DNA of 64,000 nt from an uncultured Verrucomicrobiae bacterium. Lineage in GTDB: Bacteria; Verrucomicrobiota; Verrucomicrobiia; Chthoniobacterales; UBA10450. A program made the translations under genes and the position numbers. The notes under the pieces are model-generated. The model saw only the letters and a list, made by a program, of their open reading frames with translations. It did no database searches and was not told the DNA's origin. Positions 9,298 through 19,005 of this stretch are shown here, piece by piece. The first letter of the stretch is position 1. Every line of letters begins with the position of its first letter. The stretch spans positions 512,001-576,000 of the forward strand of contig CAVSDR010000003.1 of the NCBI GenBank assembly GCA_963726745.1, given 5' to 3'.

Positions 9298-9698
9298 CGG
9301 CTGCGCTGCTCCGCAAGCAGGGCGCGCAGTCCATCCGAGGAAATGTATTCCGCGCCGCAGGCGCTCACGGTTTCCTGCTCGAGGTAGTCGTCGGTCGCGA
9401 CCAGCAGTTGATACTTGGCGGCGTAGTTGCTCGCCAGCCGCTCGATGATGGCGTCGGCTGTTTGCCCGGCGCGCGAATAAAAAATCTGGATCTCGCCCGG
9501 CTCGGCGGCGGTGTCGACCGCGGTCCCTTTGCCGTCGAAGACCGCGATCACGCGCACGCCGGTCCAATCCTGGTAATCTCGCAGTTGCCGAATGAGGGCA
9601 TCGCGCGCGAGCGAGGTCCGGCGTTGATGGAGCGCGCGCAATTCCGGCCAGGCGAAGATGACGCTGTGGCCATCGACGATGAGATACTCCACCTGCAC
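9294..9698 (-). CDS. NYN/PIN-domain (YacP/Rae1-like) putative ribonuclease
   Basis: LIVDG(H), VFDG, TADAIIE and VATDD acidic motifs. Confidence 0.82.
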   Translation of the reverse strand: MQVEYLIVDGHSVIFAWPELRALHQRRTSLARDALIRQLRDYQDWTGVRVIAVFDGKGTAVDTAAEPGEIQIFYSRAGQTADAIIERLASNYAAKYQLLVATDDYLEQETVSACGAEYISSDGLRALLAEQRSR

Positions 9699-9761
9699 GC
9701 TGGCACCTATAGAGGCAGCGAGGAGCGGCGCAAGAACGCGGGCGCAGCCCGCGGGGGCGGC

Positions 9762-9953
9762 TTACTCAGCGCTCGCGGCTGCGGCGGGAACGGGAGCAGG
9801 CGAAGCCGCGGCTGCGGACTTCTTGCTCTTGGCCTTGGCGGCCGGGCGACGGGCACCTGCAGCGACGGCGGCTTCTTTTGCCTTCGCCTTCTTGCGCTCG
9901 AGATAGGCTTCGCGCCGCTTGCGTTTCACTGTCCTGCGATGTTGCTGACCCAT
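9762..9953 (-). CDS. Small basic Lys/Arg/Ala-rich protein (63 aa)
   Basis: MGQQHRRTVKRKRREAYLERKKAKAKEAAVAAG..; compositionally coherent ORF filling the intergenic gap. Confidence 0.6.
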   Translation of the reverse strand: MGQQHRRTVKRKRREAYLERKKAKAKEAAVAAGARRPAAKAKSKKSAAAASPAPVPAAAASAE

Positions 9954-10089
9954 AACCACGTTCCCTATAGGCGGCGGCGAGACGCTGCGCAATAGGAAGT
10001 GCGCAAACTTCTCCGGCGCACGCGGTTCGAGGTTGCATTGATTATCGCATCCCGCTAGAACTCGCACTCCTGCCGCCGGCAGCCTCCCC

Positions 10090-10866
10090 ATGCCCAAGAT
10101 TCTCATCAGCATCTCGATTCTCTTTCTGACGCTTTCCGCCGTTTTCGGGGTGATGAACGCGAACAAAGCGCACGCTCTACGCGACCACGCCGAGCGCACC
10201 GAGGCCGCCCGCGCGCAGGCGGAGCAGGCCAAGCTGGCCAAGGAAAAGGAACTCAAAGCCAAGGAAGTGGCCGCCGCCGCGGAAGCCGCGAAGAACGCGG
10301 AGGTGATCGCGAATGCCGAGGCCGACCTGGTGAAGTCGCAGACCGAAAAGAGCGAGTTGCAGGCTAAATTGCAGTCGACCCAAAACGAAATCGCCGACCT
10401 GCGCACGAAGCTCGATGAAGCGATGACGAAGTTGCCCGTCTCCGACGGCACCGGGTTGCCGATGCCGGGAGCCGACAACCTCCAGGTGCAGCTCGAGGAA
10501 ACGCGCCACCAACTCGAGAGCGCGGAGCGCGAGAAGCAGGTCCTGGCGGACAAGATTCGCGAAGTCGATGCGCAGAAGGAAGAGCAGCAGCGCCGGCGCG
10601 CCGTGCGGAACAGCCCGGGCCTGCGCGGGACCGTGCTCGCGGTCAATCAGGCGTATAACTTTGTGGTCCTCAATCTCGGCGCCCGCCAGGGCGTCGAAGC
10701 GAACAGCGAGCTCCTGATCCTGCGCGGCGGGAGCATGATCGGGCGCATCCGGATTTCCTCGGTTGAACCAGCTACCGCCATCGGCGATATCATCAGCAGC
10801 AGCCTGCCACGCGGTGTGCAGGTGCAACCTGGAGATACCGTCATTTATGCTGGCACGAGTTCGTAG
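10090..10866 (+). CDS. Membrane-anchored coiled-coil protein with a C-terminal small beta-barrel domain
   Basis: N-terminal TM/signal, long E/K/A heptad region, C-terminal GTVLAVN..FVVLNLG..QGV..GDTV. Confidence 0.8.
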   Translation: MPKILISISILFLTLSAVFGVMNANKAHALRDHAERTEAARAQAEQAKLAKEKELKAKEVAAAAEAAKNAEVIANAEADLVKSQTEKSELQAKLQSTQNEIADLRTKLDEAMTKLPVSDGTGLPMPGADNLQVQLEETRHQLESAEREKQVLADKIREVDAQKEEQQRRRAVRNSPGLRGTVLAVNQAYNFVVLNLGARQGVEANSELLILRGGSMIGRIRISSVEPATAIGDIISSSLPRGVQVQPGDTVIYAGTSS

Positions 10867-11071
10867 TTCTTCTTTCTATCGGTTCACCATGGTGACGCTG
10901 CTCGCGGGCAGCACCCTTCTCTGCGCTTCCTGCGCGACCAAGCAGGACCCACAAATCGTCTCCGATGGCACACCGGGACGCGAGTCCGCGCTGCCGTGGA
11001 ACAAGCAGGAGAAGTGGGAAGGCGCAGGGCAATTCGGCGGTCTCGCCGAAGGCATGCAGGGCCGCCGCTAG
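10847..11071 (+). CDS. Small putative lipoprotein (alternative start 10889)
   Basis: Hydrophobic stretch ending LLCASC, followed by ESALPWNKQEKWEG. Confidence 0.6.
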   Translation: MLARVRSSSFYRFTMVTLLAGSTLLCASCATKQDPQIVSDGTPGRESALPWNKQEKWEGAGQFGGLAEGMQGRR

Positions 11072-12366
11072 ATCCAGCAACCCGCGGGAATCACCGCGTT
11101 CTTCGGCACCACCACGATGCCGTCGCGGATGAAGTAATTCTCGCCGTCGAAGTTCTCCGGCTTCCCTTCCGGGGTAATGACCACGCCGTCGGCGATGCGT
11201 GCGTTTTTATCAATGATCGCGCGGTCGATCACGCAATTGCGCCCGATGCCCATCGGCGGCAATCCCGAGGGCACGGTCTCGGGCTCGATCTCGTAGTAGT
11301 CCGCGCCCATGACCACGCTGTTGCGAATGGTCGCGCCGGACTTGATCACGCTGCGCACCCCGATGACCGAGCGCTCGATGTGCGCATCGGAAATAATGCA
11401 GCCATCGGCGATGATCGCCTGCCGCAGCGCCGCGCCATTGATCTTGCTGCCTGGGAGAAACCGCGGGTGCGTGTAGATCGGCGCCGCCGCCTCGAAGAAG
11501 CTGTATTGCGGGAGGAGATCGGTCAGGTCGAGATTCGCTTCGTAAAAGGCGCGGATCGTCCCGATGTCTTCCCAGTAGCCGTCGAAGATGTAGCCGCTGA
11601 CAACTCGCTGCTTAATTGCCTGCGGGATGATGTGCTTTCCGAAGTCTGCGAGATCGTTCGCGAGGCATTCCACGAGCACGTCGCGCGTGAAGACGTAGAT
11701 GCCCATCGAGGCCTGGAAAAGGTCTTCGCCCTCGGGCGCGCCGATGGATTCGCGCAGCTCCGCCCCGAGCTTCATCTCGTCCAGGATCGCCGGGTCTTTC
11801 GGCTTTTCCTCGAAGCGCGTGATCCGGCGATTCTCGTCGCTCTGCATGATCCCGAAATCGGAGGCGAGCGCGCGACCCACCGGTTTCATCGCCAGGGTAA
11901 TGTCCGCCTTGGAAGCGATGTGTTGATGGAGCAGCAGGCGGAAATCCATCCGGTAAAGCTGATCGCCGCTGAGGATGAGAAAGTAATCATACGGCTGCTC
12001 GAGGAAGTAGCGCATGTTCTGCCGCACCGCGTCGGCCGTGCCCTGGTACCACTCGGAAGTTTCCGGGGTTTGCTGGGCCGCGAGAATGTCGACAAAACTG
12101 CGCGAGAAGTTGTCGAACTTGTAGCTCGCCTGGATGTGGCGATGGAGCGACATGGTGTTGAACTGCGTGAGCACGTAGATCGAGCGCAGCCCGCTGTTCA
12201 GGCAATTGCTGATCGGGATGTCGACCAGCCGATACTTCCCGCCCAGCGGCACCGCCGGTTTCGCGCGGTCCTTCGTCAAGGGAAACAAACGCGTGCCCGC
12301 ACCGCCGCCCATGACGATGGCTAAAGTTCGTTGAGTCGTTCCCGGTGGCAGCGCAGGCGTTTGCAT
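11068..12366 (-). CDS. glgC: Glucose-1-phosphate adenylyltransferase
   Basis: GGGAGTRLFPLTKDRAKPAVP, WYQGTADAV, LSGDQLYRMD, ASMGIY and WEDIGT motifs; start uncertain (12366 or 12390). Confidence 0.95.
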   Translation of the reverse strand: MQTPALPPGTTQRTLAIVMGGGAGTRLFPLTKDRAKPAVPLGGKYRLVDIPISNCLNSGLRSIYVLTQFNTMSLHRHIQASYKFDNFSRSFVDILAAQQTPETSEWYQGTADAVRQNMRYFLEQPYDYFLILSGDQLYRMDFRLLLHQHIASKADITLAMKPVGRALASDFGIMQSDENRRITRFEEKPKDPAILDEMKLGAELRESIGAPEGEDLFQASMGIYVFTRDVLVECLANDLADFGKHIIPQAIKQRVVSGYIFDGYWEDIGTIRAFYEANLDLTDLLPQYSFFEAAAPIYTHPRFLPGSKINGAALRQAIIADGCIISDAHIERSVIGVRSVIKSGATIRNSVVMGADYYEIEPETVPSGLPPMGIGRNCVIDRAIIDKNARIADGVVITPEGKPENFDGENYFIRDGIVVVPKNAVIPAGCWI

Positions 12367-12489
12367 TTCTTGGCTCACTTCTTCGCACATCCCTGGCCGC
12401 TTTGTCTCCCTCGAATCCTGCGGGCGCCCGCTGCTGCTCAGCGCGGTGGTCAAGGGAAGATGGAGGTGCTACCATGCGCCCTCTCTATT

Positions 12490-14362
12490 ATGTGCGGCAT
12501 TGTTGGCTACGTAGGTAAGGCGCAGGCGGGTCCGATTCTTCTCGATGGGCTCCGCCGCCTGGAGTATCGCGGCTACGACTCTGCCGGGGTCGCGATCGTC
12601 AACGGCGCCGGCATCGAGACGCGCAAATGCGCCGGGCGCATTGCGAATTTAGCCAGCCTCATGACCGAGCAGCCGCCCTCGGGCCACTACGGCATCAGCC
12701 ACACCCGCTGGGCCACGCACGGCGAGGTCACGGATGAAAACGCCCACCCGCACTTCGACCAAAGCGGCCAGCTCGCGCTGGTGCACAACGGGGTGATCGA
12801 GAACTACGCCGCGCTCAAGGAAGACCTCTTGCGCGAGGGCGAGCACACCTTCGTTTCCGAAACCGATACCGAAGTGCTGGCCCATCTCATCGGCAGCCTT
12901 TACGACAAGTCGGCCGCGGGCAGCCCCGATCCCGACGAAGGACAAGGCGCGGCTCGTGAACGCCGTCCGCGCCGCCTTGAAGCAGGTCATCGGCACCTAC
13001 GGGATCGCCTTGATCCATCGTGACATTCCCGATTTTCTCGTGGGCGCGCGGCGCGGCTCGCCACTCGTCCTCGGCGTCGGCAAGGAGGAGAACTTCCTCG
13101 CCAGCGACGTCAGCGCCGTCGTCGCTCACACCCGCGACGCGGTTTACTTGAACGACTTCGACATCGTCGCGGTCGAGCCGGACAAATTTGAGATCAGCTC
13201 GGTCCGCGGCGAGGCCGGCAATTACACCCTGAGCAAAGTCGAGTTCTCCGATGAGGACATTCGCAAGGGCGACTTCCCGCATTACATGCTCAAGGAAATC
13301 TTCGAGCAACCCTCGAGCGTGCGCGACGCCATGCGCGGCCGGCTCAACGCCGACGAGTGCACCGCGAAAATGGGCGGCTTGAACATGACGCCGGAGCAGT
13401 TGCGCGATGTCAGCCGCATCGTCCTCACCGGCTGCGGCACCGCGCTCCACGCCGGCATGATCGGCGAATACATTCTCGAGCAGCTCGCGGGCATTCCTAC
13501 GGAAGTGGAATTTGCCAGCGAGTTCCGCCATCGGAACACGCCCATGATTGGCGGCACGCTCGTCTTTGCCATCAGCCAGAGCGGAGAAACAGCCGACACG
13601 CTGGGCGCCTTGCGCGAAGCGCGCCGCAAAGGCTATCGCACCCTCGGCATCTGCAACAACGTCGCGAGCACGATCGCGCGCGAGAGCGACGGCGGCGTCT
13701 ACATGCACGCCGGGCCGGAGATCGGCGTCGCCGCGACCAAGTCCTTCACCTCCCAGGTCACCATCCTCACGCTCCTCGGCCTCTTGTTAGGCCGGATGCG
13801 CCACCTCTCCACCTCCGAGGGCACGCGCATCATCGCCGCACTCGAAGCCCTGCCCGGCCAGATCGAGCAGGCGCTCAAATTAAGCGACGAGATCAAGCGC
13901 ATCGCGCAAAAATATGTCGCCGCCGAAGGGATGCTCTTCTTTGGCCGGCAGTTTAACTATCCAGTCGCGCTTGAAGCAGCGCTTAAGGTTAAGGAGATCA
14001 CCTACCTCTTCGCCGAAGGCCACCCGAGCGCGGAGCTCAAGCACGGCATCATCGCCCTGGTGCGGCCCGAGTTGCCGTCTGTTTTCATCGCGCCGGACGA
14101 CGCCGTCTTTTCGAAGAACATCAACAACATCGAGCAGGTCAAAGCCCGCCGCGGCCCGGTCATCGCCATCACCACCGGCGAAGGCGCCGAGCGTTTGCAG
14201 AGCGTCGCCGACGACATCATCACCCTCCCGGCCTGCGAGGAATTTATCAGCCCCATCCTGACGGTGATTCCCACGCAATTGCTCGCCTACCATCTCGCGG
14301 TCGAGCTCGGCCGCGACGTCGACAAGCCGCGCAATCTTGCGAAGAGCGTGACCGTGGAATAG
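12490..14362 (+). CDS. glmS: Glutamine--fructose-6-phosphate transaminase; one extra base near 12931
   Basis: MCGIVGY, LEYRGYDSAG, HTRWATHG; second frame has SQSGETADT, VAATK and PRNLAKSVTVE. Confidence 0.95.
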
Positions 14363-14382
14363 CCAGCGCTTTCCGCGCGCGG

Positions 14383-14916
14383 CTAGATCTTCGCGTAGAC
14401 GCCGATCAAGCGGCGCTTCGACGGGACGTGATTGCGAAAATCGCTCACGAACCCGGTCTTGTTGCGGATTTCCACGTGGCCCGCACCGCGGCCGCCATAC
14501 ACGAGGACGGCGCCAATCGGGGCCTGGAAGGGATCGCGCACCGCCAGCTTCTTGAAGCCGTAGCTGCGCATCAATTCATCGCCCGCCTGTTTTGCGTAGA
14601 CGGTTTTCGGGCGGCTGCTAACGGCGCCGGAGGCAAGGAGCGCATCCTTCACGTAATGCCAGCAGCGCGACTTCGAATGCGCCCGGGCCCGCTCTTGCGC
14701 GATCGTCGCTGCGCGAAGCATGCGCTTGTCGAGGCGCGGATCGATTTTAGCCAGCGGATAGACGATGCGGTCATGGCGAAACTTCTCCACCACCGGCACC
14801 GCGGTCAGGCGGCCAGTCTTGCGGTCGTGGTAGACAAACTTCGACTTCGCCTGCGCAGTCCCGAGCGAGCCAAGGAGGCAAACCGCCGGGAGAAGAAAGA
14901 GGGCAAACCGCTTCAC
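14383..14916 (-). CDS. Secreted Cys/His papain-like (CHAP/NlpC-P60-type) putative peptidoglycan amidase, paralog 1
   Basis: Signal peptide, SRCWHYVKDAL (Cys), GAVLVY..GAGHVEI (His). Confidence 0.65.
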   Translation of the reverse strand: MKRFALFLLPAVCLLGSLGTAQAKSKFVYHDRKTGRLTAVPVVEKFRHDRIVYPLAKIDPRLDKRMLRAATIAQERARAHSKSRCWHYVKDALLASGAVSSRPKTVYAKQAGDELMRSYGFKKLAVRDPFQAPIGAVLVYGGRGAGHVEIRNKTGFVSDFRNHVPSKRRLIGVYAKI

Positions 14917-15008
14917 TGCGCGCGGTTATGCCGGAAAGAGGAGCGCAGGGCAAGCCTGCTTACCAGAAATTATAGTCCGGCCTCCGCTGCCGCGGAAAAT
15001 TTAGCCAG

Positions 15009-15579
15009 CTAGATCTTGGCGAAGACGCCGATCAAGCGGCGCTTCGACGGGGCGGTGTTGCGGAAATCGCTCACGAACCCGTTCTTGTTCCGGATCTCGA
15101 CATGGCCGGCGCCTTTGCCGCCATAAACCAAGCACCGCACCGACCGGCGCAGCGTAGGGATCGCTCACCGGGAGACGCTTGAAACCGTAGTTGCTGACCA
15201 ATTCCTCGCCCGCCTGCTTGGCGAGCGCGGTCTTCGGATACGAGCTCACGGCGCCAGCGGCCAGGAGCGCTTCCTTGACGTAGCGCCAGCAGCGCGACTT
15301 CGAGTGCGCGTGGGCCCGTTCCTGGGCGATCGTGGCCGCGCGGACCATCAGCGGATTCATCTTCGGGTCGACTTTAGCCGGCACGATCTTGCGCTTGGCG
15401 GAATCGTCCACCAGCGGCACGGCGACGGTCTTGCCCGCGGCGTCCTTGATCACAAAAGCGGACTGCTCGGCTTTCGCCTTGGGGTTGTTCCGCACCGCGT
15501 CGAACGATGGGAGGGCGGCGTGGAGAGAAGCAGCCGCAAACGAGCAGCAAACAATGGTGCAAAGGGTAACTTTTCGCAT
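15009..15579 (-). CDS. Secreted Cys/His putative amidase, paralog 2; one extra base near 15130
   Basis: SRCWRYVKEAL; after correction the C-terminus reads VYGGKGAGHVEIRNKNGFVSDFRNTAPSKRRLIGVFAKI-stop, closely matching paralog 1. Confidence 0.65.
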
Positions 15580-15736
15580 CAGGAGCGCCCCATATCGGCT
15601 GGAATGAAGGGGGAGGCAACCAGTTTCTTAGATTTTTCTCCGCTCGCGGAAGAACTCCGGCGCCGTCCAGCCTGTGTTTGCGTTCGCAAAGGGATTGCCG
15701 GCGGCCGCGCGCCCTCGCTATTCTAGCCAGCACTTT

Positions 15737-17389
15737 GTGAGACCCAACGGCCGCAGCGGAAAGGTCAGCTTCATCCTGGCGTTCGTCTTTGCCGGGCTCG
15801 GTTCCGTTGGCGCGCGCGAGCCGTTTTACGAAGGCCTCGGCGATTACACCCGCAAGGTCACCACCGAGTCCGCGGAGGCGCAGCGTTACTTCGATCAGGG
15901 ACTCGCCTTCCTCCACGGGTTTAATCACAGCGCCGCCATCCGCTCGTTCCAGCAGGCGGCGGAACTCGATCCCGCGTGCGCCATGGCCCACTGGGGCATC
16001 GCGCTCGCCTCGGGGCCGCACATTAATTACCCGCTTGTCCCGCCGGCCGCCGCCGCGCTCGCTTCCCGGGAAATTGCGCTCGCGCGAGAACACGCGGCCA
16101 AGGGCACGCGAGTCGAGCAGGCGTTGATCGATGCCCTCGCCCGGCGCTACGCCCAGCCGCAGCCGGAAGATCGTGCCCCGCTCGACCAAGCCTACGCCAA
16201 GGCGATGCGCGCGGTCTGGAAACAATTCCCCAAGGACCCCGATGCCGGCGTGCTTTTCGCCGAGGCGATGATGGACCTCGCGCCGTGGAATCAATGGACC
16301 CCGGAAGGGAAGGCCAATCCCGGGACCGAGGAGATCATCGCCACGCTCGATGCGGTCTTGAAATTGAATCCGCGCCATCCCTTCGCGAACCATCTCTACA
16401 TCCACGCGGTCGAGGCCTCGCCGCATCCGGAGCGGGCCGACGCCGCCGCGGCCCGCCTGCGCCGGCTCCAGCCCGGGCTGGCGCACAACGTCCACATGCC
16501 TTCGCATATCGACATCCGCCGCGGCCGCTGGCAGCAGGCCATCGCGAGCAACGCCCAGGCCATCGCGGACGACCGAAAATATCGCGAGCTCCTCGGCGCG
16601 AAAGCGCCTGGCCTCGTCCCGCTCTACGCCGCGCACAACCAGCACATGCTGGCCTACGCCGCGCTCATGACCGGGCAAAGCCAGCTCGCGCAGCAAACCA
16701 TCCGGGAGATGGTGACCGATTTGCCGGCTGATTTCCTGCGCGAGAACGCGCCGATGATCGAGACCTTCGTAGCCCTCCCTCTCGAAGTCATGATTCGCCT
16801 CGGCCGCTGGGATGAGATTCTCGCTGAGCCGGAGAATTACCCGGACTACATGCCGTTCACCCGCGCCTTCCACCACGCGGCGCGCGCGGTCGCCTTCGCT
16901 GCCAAAGGCCAGCCGGAAGCGGCCCGCAAAGAGCAGGCTATTTTCCGGGAACGCGCCGCCGCCATCCCGGAGGAGACCGCGCTGGGCAACAACACCGGCC
17001 AGGCCGTCCTGGCCCTCACCGGCCGCATGCTTGAAGGCGAAATTCTGGTCGCGGAAAACCAGGTCGAGCAGGGGCTGGCGGAATTGCGCGCGGCCCTCGC
17101 CCTCGAGGAAGGGTTGAAGTACGACGAACCGCCTTCCTGGATGATTCCACTGCGCCACGCGATCGGCGCGAACCTGATGCGCGAAGGCCGCTTCGCCGAG
17201 GCCGAGAAAATCTATCGCGAGGACCTGCAGCGCCTGCCCGGAAACGGCTGGGGACTCTTCGGCCTGGCCGAAAGCCTGCGCGCCCAGAAGAAGCCGGAAG
17301 CCGCCGCTGCCCGGGCACGCTTTGAGAAAGCCTGGTCTCATGCCGATCTCCAGATCACCAGCTCCTGCCTTTGCCGGCCGGGTCTTTGA
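15737..17389 (+). CDS. Secreted TPR-repeat protein
   Basis: Signal-like N-terminus; helical TPR-like repeats (AQRYFDQGL..HGFNH, HPFANHLYIHAVE, HMPSHI, GRFAEAEKIYREDL). Start uncertain. Confidence 0.8.
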   Translation: MRPNGRSGKVSFILAFVFAGLGSVGAREPFYEGLGDYTRKVTTESAEAQRYFDQGLAFLHGFNHSAAIRSFQQAAELDPACAMAHWGIALASGPHINYPLVPPAAAALASREIALAREHAAKGTRVEQALIDALARRYAQPQPEDRAPLDQAYAKAMRAVWKQFPKDPDAGVLFAEAMMDLAPWNQWTPEGKANPGTEEIIATLDAVLKLNPRHPFANHLYIHAVEASPHPERADAAAARLRRLQPGLAHNVHMPSHIDIRRGRWQQAIASNAQAIADDRKYRELLGAKAPGLVPLYAAHNQHMLAYAALMTGQSQLAQQTIREMVTDLPADFLRENAPMIETFVALPLEVMIRLGRWDEILAEPENYPDYMPFTRAFHHAARAVAFAAKGQPEAARKEQAIFRERAAAIPEETALGNNTGQAVLALTGRMLEGEILVAENQVEQGLAELRAALALEEGLKYDEPPSWMIPLRHAIGANLMREGRFAEAEKIYREDLQRLPGNGWGLFGLAESLRAQKKPEAAAARARFEKAWSHADLQITSSCLCRPGL

Positions 17390-17432
17390 GGGCGACGAAT
17401 CCGGGCACCCACTCGCTTGCGAACTGTCCCTG

Positions 17433-17894
17433 ATGAACACCGAAGACCGCGAAAAAATCGTCACCGAATTGAAGCGCGCTTACGCCGCCGAGCTCGAGAC
17501 GGTGCAAAATTACCTGGCTAACTCGATCGACCTCGATGGCGTCCGCGCCGAGGAGATCAAGAAAGCGCTCAGCCTCGACATCCAGGAGGAGCTGGGCCAC
17601 GCGACCATGCTCGGGAAGCGGATCAAGGTCCTCGGCGGCCGCGTTCCCGGCTCGCTCGAGCTGGAGCGCCTGCAGAAATACATGCAGCCGCCGGAGAACT
17701 CGACCGACCTGACCGCGGTCATCCGGGGCGTGATCGAGGCCGAGGATGCCGCGATCGCGCAATACGAAAAGATCATCAAGCTCTGCGACGGCGCCGATTA
17801 CGTGACCCAGGACCTTGCGATCACCATCCTTGGCGACGAACAGGAACACCGGCGCGCTTTCGTCGGTTACCTGACCGAGTTTGAGCGCAAATAG
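17433..17894 (+). CDS. Ferritin-like (bacterioferritin-like) diiron protein
   Basis: E..EELGHA..EAEDAAI..DEQEH four-helix diiron pattern. Confidence 0.85.
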   Translation: MNTEDREKIVTELKRAYAAELETVQNYLANSIDLDGVRAEEIKKALSLDIQEELGHATMLGKRIKVLGGRVPGSLELERLQKYMQPPENSTDLTAVIRGVIEAEDAAIAQYEKIIKLCDGADYVTQDLAITILGDEQEHRRAFVGYLTEFERK

Positions 17895-17905
17895 ACAGCA
17901 ATCTC

Positions 17906-18427
17906 TTGCCTCCCCCACCCGCAGCCACCACTGCCCTTCCCTGTGACCTTCGGCGCGCGACCACGAGCGACGCCGGTGTGATCGCGGAGCATCGCGCCCG
18001 CATGTGGCAGGACATGGGCGACGTCACGCCTAAGTTTTTCGAGGATCTGCGCACGCAATCGGAAGCCTGGCTACGGCCGGCGCTGGCAAGCGGCGAATAT
18101 GTCGGCTGGCTGGCGCATGTCACCGGCGAGATCATCGCCGGCGCGGGCGTGCAACTCCGCCGGGTGATGCCGCACCCCGCAAAAAGAGACGGCCAAACGA
18201 TGCGCGTGGCCGAGGGCCGGCATGGCCTCGTGATCAATGTTTTCACCGAGCCAGCCTGGCGCCGCCGCGGCGTTTCCGGGGCGCTCCTCGCGGAGATCAT
18301 TCGCTGGGCCACGAGCGAACAGCTCGACCGCCTGACGCTGCACGCTTCGCCCGCCGGCCAGCCACTTTACCAGCGCTTTGGTTTCGTCCGGACGAACGAG
18401 ATGCGGCTCGAGCCGGGCGCGCGCTAA
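17906..18427 (+). CDS. GNAT family N-acetyltransferase
   Basis: NVFTEPAWRRRGV, LHAS..GQPLYQRFGF. Confidence 0.85.
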   Translation: MPPPPAATTALPCDLRRATTSDAGVIAEHRARMWQDMGDVTPKFFEDLRTQSEAWLRPALASGEYVGWLAHVTGEIIAGAGVQLRRVMPHPAKRDGQTMRVAEGRHGLVINVFTEPAWRRRGVSGALLAEIIRWATSEQLDRLTLHASPAGQPLYQRFGFVRTNEMRLEPGAR

Positions 18428-18496
18428 ACTTGCGCCGGAATCCGCCCGCGCTTACCAGACGTTTCACCAAAGAACCTCAACCGGAGATAAAAACTT

Positions 18497-18925
18497 ATGC
18501 CAGCACGTAAAGGATCAGCAGTTTGGGAAGGGACCCTGAAAGAGGGCAAAGGATCGATGAAACTCGGGAGCGGCGCCTACGAAGGACCGTTCTCGTTCCA
18601 CTCGCGCTTCGAGGAAGGCACGGGCACGAATCCCGAGGAATTGATCGGCGCGGCGCTCGCCGGCTGTTTCTCGATGGCGCTTTCCGCGAACCTGGAAAAG
18701 GCCGGCAAACCCGGCAAGCGCGTCCAGACCACAGCGAATGTGAAGCTGGAAATGGTCGATGGCGGTCCGAAGATCACCACCATCGAACTGGTGAACGAAT
18801 CGGAAGTCCCGGGAATGGATGACGCCGCCTTCCAGGAGCAGGCCGAGAAAACCAAGACCGGCTGCCCGGTTTCCAAGGCCCTCGCTGGAACGGAAATCAA
18901 GCTGACCGCAAAGTTGGTTGGCTGA
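18497..18925 (+). CDS. osmC: OsmC family peroxiredoxin
   Basis: GTNPEELIGAALAGCFSMAL and CPVSKAL motifs; GGAG ribosome-binding site upstream. Confidence 0.93.
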   Translation: MPARKGSAVWEGTLKEGKGSMKLGSGAYEGPFSFHSRFEEGTGTNPEELIGAALAGCFSMALSANLEKAGKPGKRVQTTANVKLEMVDGGPKITTIELVNESEVPGMDDAAFQEQAEKTKTGCPVSKALAGTEIKLTAKLVG

Positions 18926-18950
18926 CCTCTTCGAACTCCCGCAAACAAAT

Positions 18951-18988
18951 CGGGCGGCAGGAGTTCATCCTGCCGCCCGTTCTTTTTT
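18951..18988 (+). terminator. Intrinsic terminator between convergent osmC and the M20 peptidase gene
   Basis: Perfect 12-bp stem CGGGCGGCAGGA / TCCTGCCGCCCG with a 5-nt loop, followed by TTCTTTTTT. Confidence 0.85.
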
Positions 18989-19005
18989 GGCCGTGAAGTC
19001 GTCGG

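Noticed and set aside
12367..12489. glmS ribozyme upstream of glmS
   Set aside because: The region is a short divergent promoter shared with glgC and has no recognisable ribozyme core.
15374..17464. 696-aa minus-strand ORF, and similar long antisense ORFs at 10996-12324, 47439-48776 and 61007-62440
   Set aside because: They shadow well-supported genes on the opposite strand, show no motifs, and are expected in GC-rich DNA.
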